A stretch of 64,000 bases of DNA from Candidatus Saccharimonadota bacterium (GTDB taxonomy: Bacteria; Patescibacteriota; Saccharimonadia; Saccharimonadales; SLHW01): the NCBI GenBank assembly GCA_024635455.1, contig JAGXIU010000003.1, positions 226,446 to 290,445 of the forward strand, in the 5' to 3' direction. The notes beneath the pieces are model-generated. The model did not search any database. It saw only the letters and a list, made by a program, of their open reading frames with translations, and was not told the DNA's origin. Positions within the stretch are counted from its first letter, which is position 1. Every line of letters begins with the position of its first letter. Below, one piece after another: positions 57,641 through 64,000 of the stretch. A program made the position numbers and the translations under genes.

Positions 57641-59242
57641 CTAACCAATGACTCGATAGACTTCTTCGATAGTTGTTTCGCCAGATAGAACCTTTAGGAC
57701 ACCGTCCTGAAGCATTGTACGCATACCGCTAGCTATGGCTGCTGCTTCAAGCTTTTCGGTTGTAATGCCCTGGGGATGTTGCTCAAGCACCTGGCGCAGT
57801 TGATCAGATATCGTAAACTGCTCTCGTAATGGAATCTGGCCTCGGTAGCCATATGGGTTTTCTTCAGATGAGCCGGCACGATATAGTGTGATGTTTTGCA
57901 TGTCTGGTCGCTGAATATTCGTAGGTAACGAATCGATGACACGCTGTAAACTTGCTCGTGTTGTCTCATCTGGCTGGTACGCGACTTTGGTTGCGTCGTC
58001 GAGCCGGCGAACAAGTCGCTGTGCCATGACTAAGCGAATTGATGTCACAAATAGAGGATTCTTCCCGATGACATCTGCCATTCGTGTAAGGGCGGCTGCA
58101 GCGCTGGAAGCGTGAAAGGTTGATAAGACTAAGTGGCCAGTCAATGCAGCTTGGAGGGCGGTTTGTGCCGTATCGAGGTCGCGTATTTCTCCTACCATGA
58201 TAATGTCAGGGTCAAGCCGTAGCGTTGCACGGAGACTTTCTGCGAAGTCAACATCTTTTGATGACTTTGTTTTTATCGGTATTTGCGTAATACCATCTAA
58301 TTGGTACTCAACTGGGTCCTCAAGGGTGATTATTTTCCGCTGTGGCGTGTTCAACGAGTTAAGCATAGAGTAGAGCGTTGTAGTCTTACCCGATCCGGTC
58401 GGCCCAACAACCAGTACTAACCCGCTCGGACGACTTATAATGCCATCTACTACTTGCCGCTCCTGAGTAGACAAGCTTAGACTGTCGAGATTATACATAT
58501 CTGGACGCATATTAAATAATCGCATGACCACGTCCATACCGTGGATAGTCTGGACCGTCTCCAGTCGAACGTTAACTTTGACTTGTGAGTTATCTGCCAA
58601 ACGCACATCTTGGGTTATGTGACCCTGCTGGGCGTAATCTGCCGCGGTAGATACATTACCGGCACTCGCTATAGTTGATAAGAGTGGACGATATTTTTCT
58701 CGCGTTATATGAGCGATTGGCTGAAGGACCCCATCAATTCTAAAGCGAATATCGGCCTTCTCTCGTTTAGTTTCGAGATGTATGTCTGACGCACCTAGTT
58801 TGTGCGCCTGTTGGACTAAGTAGCCCAACATATCGTCAGAACGAATCGTATCCAATGTTGCTGAGACGTTACGTATCAGATCTTCGCTACCAGCGTTATT
58901 CAATGTAATATCTTGATACTCGACTTTCTTTGGAGGGTCGTAGAGTTTCATATATTCTCTATAGCCAGCGTCTGAAATCAATGCAAAAGAAATACGTTGA
59001 TCGAGAAACTCGTGCTTCAAGGCTTCCATAGTCTGCTTGGAGGTCGTATTGGTAACACCAAAAGTTATTGCATGCTGGTCAGCGTATAGTGGAATTACCC
59101 GAGCTTTATAAAGAACGTCATTCGGCAACAATTCAGGATAAAGGTGCTTGTTTTGGTCAGTAGTGTTGGCATACTGAAGTCCAAGAATTGATGCTCGCCG
59201 TTGCGTTGCCTGCTCTTCATCATAGCGTTGATCTTTGCTCAT
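57641..59242 (-). CDS. pilB: GspE/PilB-family type IV pilus assembly ATPase
   Basis: ASDIH, RFRIDG, GPTGSGKTT, EDPVEY, DPDIIMVGEIRD, TGHLVLSTFH. Confidence 0.9.
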   Translation of the reverse strand: MSKDQRYDEEQATQRRASILGLQYANTTDQNKHLYPELLPNDVLYKARVIPLYADQHAITFGVTNTTSKQTMEALKHEFLDQRISFALISDAGYREYMKLYDPPKKVEYQDITLNNAGSEDLIRNVSATLDTIRSDDMLGYLVQQAHKLGASDIHLETKREKADIRFRIDGVLQPIAHITREKYRPLLSTIASAGNVSTAADYAQQGHITQDVRLADNSQVKVNVRLETVQTIHGMDVVMRLFNMRPDMYNLDSLSLSTQERQVVDGIISRPSGLVLVVGPTGSGKTTTLYSMLNSLNTPQRKIITLEDPVEYQLDGITQIPIKTKSSKDVDFAESLRATLRLDPDIIMVGEIRDLDTAQTALQAALTGHLVLSTFHASSAAAALTRMADVIGKNPLFVTSIRLVMAQRLVRRLDDATKVAYQPDETTRASLQRVIDSLPTNIQRPDMQNITLYRAGSSEENPYGYRGQIPLREQFTISDQLRQVLEQHPQGITTEKLEAAAIASGMRTMLQDGVLKVLSGETTIEEVYRVIG

Positions 59243-59302
59243 ATTGCTTCAGTATAACTGCTTATGCTACGTGATGCTATGATTTTCGCTATACTTAAAC
59301 AT

Positions 59303-59818
59303 ATGACGTCTGCAAAAAAACTACCAATTTATGTAATAATGCATGATATTCGAAGTACCCATAACGTCGGCTCTGTCCTTAGAACAGCAGAAGGTTTGGG
59401 TATTGAGCATGTTTACATGAGTGGCTATACGCCGTATCCAAAAGGGCACTCTGGTGATATACGGCTTCCTCATATAGCACATAAGAATCATGAAGCCATC
59501 CGCAAGACCGCGCTAGGGGCGGAAAATACGGTGCGCTGGAGCTACGAACCATCAATCAAAACTTGTATTGATTACCTAAAGCGGGAAGGCGTTACTATAG
59601 TTGGCCTGGAACAGGCCACGCAAGCCAAGCAACTACATACATATACGCCAGATAAACCGATTGCTCTCATCATTGGCAACGAAGTCTCTGGGCTTGATCA
59701 GAAAATCATGGATCAGTGTGACACGATAGTAGAAATCCCAATGCTTGGGCAAAAAGAATCATACAATGTCAGTGTTGCTACGGCTATGGCCCTTCACTGG
59801 TTTCGCTACGGCAATTAG
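59303..59818 (+). CDS. TrmH/SpoU-family RNA methyltransferase
   Basis: IRSTHNVGSVLRTA, GNEVSG, IPMLGQKESYNVS; start at MTSAKK. Confidence 0.9.
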   Translation: MTSAKKLPIYVIMHDIRSTHNVGSVLRTAEGLGIEHVYMSGYTPYPKGHSGDIRLPHIAHKNHEAIRKTALGAENTVRWSYEPSIKTCIDYLKREGVTIVGLEQATQAKQLHTYTPDKPIALIIGNEVSGLDQKIMDQCDTIVEIPMLGQKESYNVSVATAMALHWFRYGN

Positions 59819-59854
59819 CATGGTATAGTAAGTATTACTGATAACATTATAAAT

Positions 59855-60769
59855 ATGACAAAACAAAAAACATCAGCCCATAAAAAAAGACAGGGCCAAC
59901 ACCACAAAAAAACAAAGCGATACAACTCGTCCTACTGGCCATACATTCCAGTGATATTACTTATTTTTAGTATGTTCGCATTTGCGTTTGTGCGGAGCCC
60001 ATCACAGGCAAATGTTCTTGCCTTTGCGACCGAAATGAGTCCGAATAATTTACTAACTATCACGAATCAACACCGGGCAAGTAACGATGGTCAACCGCTA
60101 CAGATAAATTCAAAACTTACTGAAGCCGCTCAGCGCAAAGCGCAAGACATGGCTCAACGAAACTATTGGTCGCATACAACGCCAGACGGAGAGCAACCTT
60201 GGGTATTCGTCGATCAAGTAGAGTACCGTTACATTAAAGCTGGTGAAAACCTCGCTTACGGCTTCCTGACAAGTGAGCAGACCATTAATGGCTGGATGAA
60301 TAGCCCATCCCACCGAGAAAATATGCTAGATAATAGCTTCAGTGAAGTCGGGTTTGGCTTCGTAAACGCTGTTGACTATCAAAATTCTGAGGCTGAAACA
60401 ATCGTAGTGGCAATGTACGCACAGCCGCTAGATAATACAAATCTAGCTCAGGCTGATGACCCCGTGGAGAATGAACCAATAGCAGCTCCGAGTATATCTA
60501 TGGAGGTTCCGGCAAATACTTCCGATGTGCAGGCTGTGACTCGACTAGAGTCCATCATTGGCGAGCGTTTTGCCTGGGCAACATTCGGGCTCGGCATACT
60601 CAGTGGCGGCGCTGCATCTGGAATGTTAATCTCACACGGTATTCGTTTACGTAAATTCTTGCAAAAAGGCGGTGACTTCATTATGCATCACCCGATGCTC
60701 GATGTTTGCCTAGCTTCACTTCTACTGCTGACTGCTTTCATGGCCGATAAAGTCGGCTATATCATCTAG
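59855..60769 (+). CDS. CAP (SCP) domain membrane protein
   Basis: AAQRKAQDM, YWSH, AGENLA, GWMNSPSHRENML; N- and C-terminal TM segments. Confidence 0.88.
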   Translation: MTKQKTSAHKKRQGQHHKKTKRYNSSYWPYIPVILLIFSMFAFAFVRSPSQANVLAFATEMSPNNLLTITNQHRASNDGQPLQINSKLTEAAQRKAQDMAQRNYWSHTTPDGEQPWVFVDQVEYRYIKAGENLAYGFLTSEQTINGWMNSPSHRENMLDNSFSEVGFGFVNAVDYQNSEAETIVVAMYAQPLDNTNLAQADDPVENEPIAAPSISMEVPANTSDVQAVTRLESIIGERFAWATFGLGILSGGAASGMLISHGIRLRKFLQKGGDFIMHHPMLDVCLASLLLLTAFMADKVGYII

Positions 60770-60774
60770 AACGA

Positions 60775-63700
60775 TTATTGCAGCTTAACGTTTTCGCTTC
60801 CGGCAATTTCTGCAAGTTGCTCTATGACTGATTCATCTGGCTGTATATCCATCGGTAGCTTGACGATTTGTTTATTCGAAGATTCGCCGAGCACAAACAC
60901 TGTTTCTGTGCTGCCTGGATGAGTGTCGATAACTTTTTTTAGATTAAGCAATAGGTCTTGATCAGTTGTGTCGAATATACGCACGTACAATCGCGGTGGC
61001 TTATCAGACTTTTCTTGTGTAGCCTTGTCCGTCTTTGTTTGATTCGCTTTGCTAACTTTAGGGGTTTTTTTACGTTTACCGGTTGACTGGTATTCTTGAG
61101 CCTGGTCATAGGTTACCTCACGAGCCTCATCAACAATACATTTGACTGTAGGCATTTCATTACCTTCACGATCATAACCGTCAACCTTACCCGTGATAAT
61201 AACAACTCGGTCACGTTCCCATATTCCAATAGTCTGTTGGTATGCGCCAGGAAATATTACTGCTTCAATCTCGCCAGTACCATCATCTATTTTTGCAAAA
61301 GCCATCTTTTGACCTTTTTTGGTTGTAATCTCTCGAAACTCCTGGATTGCGCCACCAACTTTAACTGATTTTTTATGATGCCCCGTTTCAAGCTCGGCAA
61401 TTGGAATTGTTTGCTCGGAGAGAATGTCCTTGAACGATTCTAATGGATTCTGAGATATGTAAATACCAAGCAGCTCACGCTCCCAAAGTAATTGCTCTCT
61501 CACTGAGATGTCTATAAAATCGGCATTTAGGGACAGTGTGCCTTTGGCCGAAGACTCACCTGCTTGACTAGCTCCAAATAAATCTGTTTGACCACTAAGC
61601 TTTTGCTTCTGAATCCGTGCAGTATAGGCGAGCAAAATATCGATGTTGTCTAGTAATTGCGCCCTATTGCCGAACCGATCAAACGCTCCTGCCTTTATTA
61701 AACTTTCAATCGTTTTACGATTTGCAACTTTAGTGCTTACGTTTGAGAAGAAATCCTCTATCGTGTTGAATGGATTTTCTTTTCGTACAGCGATAATTTC
61801 TTCGACTGCAGCAGTACCGACGTTCTTTATCGCATTCATGCCAAAACGAATTTGTTTACTATTTGGTACGACTGAGAATTCGACAAACGACTCGACAACA
61901 TCAGGCGGCAAAACCTCCATATCCATATGCTGGCATTCTGCTATCTCGATAGCTAAGCGATCCGTATCGTCATAGTCACTCGTCATCAAGGCAGCCATGA
62001 ATGCTGATGGGTAGTTTGCTTTAAGATATGCTGTCCAATAAGCGATCAATGCGTAACAGGCTGCGTGTGATTTATTAAAACAGTAAGCGGCAAAGTCTTC
62101 TAGTTGCTTCCAGAACAGTTCCATTTCTTTTTTATCAGCTCCGGAGACCGAGACAGCTCCCTCGATAAACTCTACCTTCATCTTATTTAGTACTTCAGGA
62201 ATTTTCTTAGCAATACCTTTGCGTAATGTGTCGGCCTGGCCACCAGTAAATCCGCACAAGTCCTTGCTGATCTGCATAACTTGCTCTTGATAAACAAGGA
62301 CACCGTAAGTGTTTTTTAGAGCTTCTTTCATCTTCGGGTGTGGATATTCGATTTTTTTCTCGCCATGTTTACGAGCAATAAAGTCATCAATAAACTGCAT
62401 CGGCCCTGGTCGATAGAGTGCAACCATAGCAACGATATCTTCGAATACTGATGGTTTTAATTCTTTGAGATAGCGCTTCATGCCAGCTGACTCAAGCTGA
62501 AATACACCCGTCGTATCCCCGCTACCGAGTAACTGAAAAGTTTTTTTATCCTTCAGCGGGATTTCATCAACCTGAATATCCTTACCGTGGACCTTCTTAA
62601 TGATACGTAGTGCGTTCTTAACGATTGTCAGGTTGGATAGCCCGAGAAAGTCCATCTTAAGTAAACCGAGTTCTTCGACGTGATCCATTGGATACTGCGT
62701 TGAAACGACGCCTTTTTGGGCCATCTCCAATGGTGTAAAGTTTGTTATTTCATCAGGTGCAATTACCACACCTGCTGCGTGCACGCCGTGGTTTCGAACA
62801 GTGCCCTCAAGCTGCATCGCAAGATCAAATACTCTTTTTGATTGCTGGTTATTTTCATACTCACGTGCCATATCATCGTCATCAGCAATACTTTGCTTGA
62901 GTGGTATGTGTCGACCCTGAACTGGAGCCGGTATCATCTTAGCTAGGCGATCAGCTTCTGCATATGGAATCTCGAGTACACGTGAAACGTCTCGAACCGC
63001 GTTACGTGCAAACATTCTGCCAAACGTAACAATATTTGCGACTTTATCTTTACCGTATTTATCTACACAATATTGTATTACTTCATTGCGCCTGGTATCT
63101 TGAATATCAATATCAATATCAGGCATGCTGATTCGATCTGGGTTCAAAAACCGTTCAAACAGCAAATCGTGCTTGAGGGGGTCTAGCTCGGTTATACCAA
63201 GTGCATAGGCGATTATTGAGCCGGCAGCCGACCCTCTTCCGGGACCAAATACGATACCGCGATTTTTTCCCCAGGCAATAAAGTCCCAAATGATAAGAAA
63301 GTAGGCGTTGAAACCCATATGATCGATGATCCCAAGCTCATATTCTGCTCGCTCTTGGACATCGTTTGACAGTAGCTTTTTTTGCTCAGTTAGTGTTTTC
63401 CCGCCAGTTCCATATCGCTCCGCTAATCCCGCGTAGACAAGTTCATCAAGATATGACTTTTCATCGTAGCCCTTCGGAACTTCAAAGTGAGGAATCAAAA
63501 TACTGCCTAGATCAAGCTCTAGGTTACACCTATCAGCAATCACCCGAGTGTTTCGCACTACTTCCGGGTGCTCTGTGCCCCACCGCTCTATTATCTCCTG
63601 AGGAGATGTCACATGCAGCGGGAATTCTTTTAGGCTCATGCGTTTTGTTTCAGACAAATAAGAACCCGTGCCGACGCACAACAGCACCTCGTGAGCCTCC

Positions 63701-64000
63701 TGATCTTCGTGCTTCAGATAGTGTGCGTCTGAAGTAACAACTGCTGGTATTTCTAATTCTTCAGAGAGTTTCAGCACCTGCTCATTAATATCTTGTTGCT
63801 CCTGGTTATGCATTGGGTTTTTTGGATGACCGTGGTCTTGCACCTCGAGGTAATACCTATCACCGAATACTTTCTTGTACCATTTTGCAGTCTTCTTGGC
63901 TCCAGCGTAGTCATTATTCTTTAGTGCAAAGCCTATTTCACTACCCATGCAGGCGCTCAACACAATAATGCCTTCGCTGTATTTCTCTAAGAGCTCTCGG
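60775..64000 (-). CDS. dnaE: DNA polymerase III alpha subunit, 5' end outside the window
   Basis: PHP motif TSDAHY, GPGRGSAAGS, PDIDID, KMDFLGL, FNKSH; frame stays open to the window edge (RELLEKYSEGIIVLSAC). Confidence 0.97.
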   Translation of the reverse strand, partial: RELLEKYSEGIIVLSACMGSEIGFALKNNDYAGAKKTAKWYKKVFGDRYYLEVQDHGHPKNPMHNQEQQDINEQVLKLSEELEIPAVVTSDAHYLKHEDQEAHEVLLCVGTGSYLSETKRMSLKEFPLHVTSPQEIIERWGTEHPEVVRNTRVIADRCNLELDLGSILIPHFEVPKGYDEKSYLDELVYAGLAERYGTGGKTLTEQKKLLSNDVQERAEYELGIIDHMGFNAYFLIIWDFIAWGKNRGIVFGPGRGSAAGSIIAYALGITELDPLKHDLLFERFLNPDRISMPDIDIDIQDTRRNEVIQYCVDKYGKDKVANIVTFGRMFARNAVRDVSRVLEIPYAEADRLAKMIPAPVQGRHIPLKQSIADDDDMAREYENNQQSKRVFDLAMQLEGTVRNHGVHAAGVVIAPDEITNFTPLEMAQKGVVSTQYPMDHVEELGLLKMDFLGLSNLTIVKNALRIIKKVHGKDIQVDEIPLKDKKTFQLLGSGDTTGVFQLESAGMKRYLKELKPSVFEDIVAMVALYRPGPMQFIDDFIARKHGEKKIEYPHPKMKEALKNTYGVLVYQEQVMQISKDLCGFTGGQADTLRKGIAKKIPEVLNKMKVEFIEGAVSVSGADKKEMELFWKQLEDFAAYCFNKSHAACYALIAYWTAYLKANYPSAFMAALMTSDYDDTDRLAIEIAECQHMDMEVLPPDVVESFVEFSVVPNSKQIRFGMNAIKNVGTAAVEEIIAVRKENPFNTIEDFFSNVSTKVANRKTIESLIKAGAFDRFGNRAQLLDNIDILLAYTARIQKQKLSGQTDLFGASQAGESSAKGTLSLNADFIDISVREQLLWERELLGIYISQNPLESFKDILSEQTIPIAELETGHHKKSVKVGGAIQEFREITTKKGQKMAFAKIDDGTGEIEAVIFPGAYQQTIGIWERDRVVIITGKVDGYDREGNEMPTVKCIVDEAREVTYDQAQEYQSTGKRKKTPKVSKANQTKTDKATQEKSDKPPRLYVRIFDTTDQDLLLNLKKVIDTHPGSTETVFVLGESSNKQIVKLPMDIQPDESVIEQLAEIAGSENVKLQ

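Noticed and set aside
543..63737. Numerous 60-215 aa ORFs antisense to or nested within conserved genes (e.g. 10572-11219, 14212-14790, 28627-29214)
   Set aside because: Shadow ORFs fully overlapping well-identified genes, with no motifs.
1..64000. Genetic code 25 (TGA = Gly), as in Gracilibacteria/Absconditabacteria
   Set aside because: TGA terminates rplD, rpsE and rpsQ at their expected ends, and long genes are open under code 11.
1..64000. CRISPR array, IS element, prophage, rRNA, or inteins/introns in rpoBC, dnaE or recG
   Set aside because: No periodic repeats or transposase/phage motifs seen by eye, and gene lengths are normal.

Overview
Gene-dense housekeeping window from a Patescibacteria (CPR) genome, most likely Candidatus Saccharibacteria (TM7). 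The assignment is an inference from the missing rpmD/L30, the protein styles and use of genetic code 11 (TGA = stop). The window holds three tRNAs (Tyr, Thr, Leu), the S10-spc-alpha-L13/S9 ribosomal protein cluster, the str operon, rpoBC, tig/clpP, hisS, tyrS, trpS, recG, radA, clpC, nusA, a class A PBP, pepN, rnhB, rplS, malic enzyme, a PilB/GspE ATPase and a 5'-truncated dnaE. I saw no CRISPR array, transposase or prophage. The notable signals are regulatory and molecular. (1) A complete Trp leader-peptide attenuator, absent from the ORF track, precedes an orphan gene and trpS. (2) Structural Cys-zinc sites are lost from both RpoC Zn sites, PilB, HolB, L36 and S14. (3) EF-G has non-canonical G4 (NKIN) and G5 motifs. 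(4) CIRCE (HrcA) operators overlap the clpP and clpC promoters. (5) A terminator lies in the nusA leader. (6) A -10 box sits 6-10 nt before many start codons, suggesting leaderless mRNAs. (7) Several ORFans interrupt normally conserved operons. All alignments were done by eye and no database searches were run.
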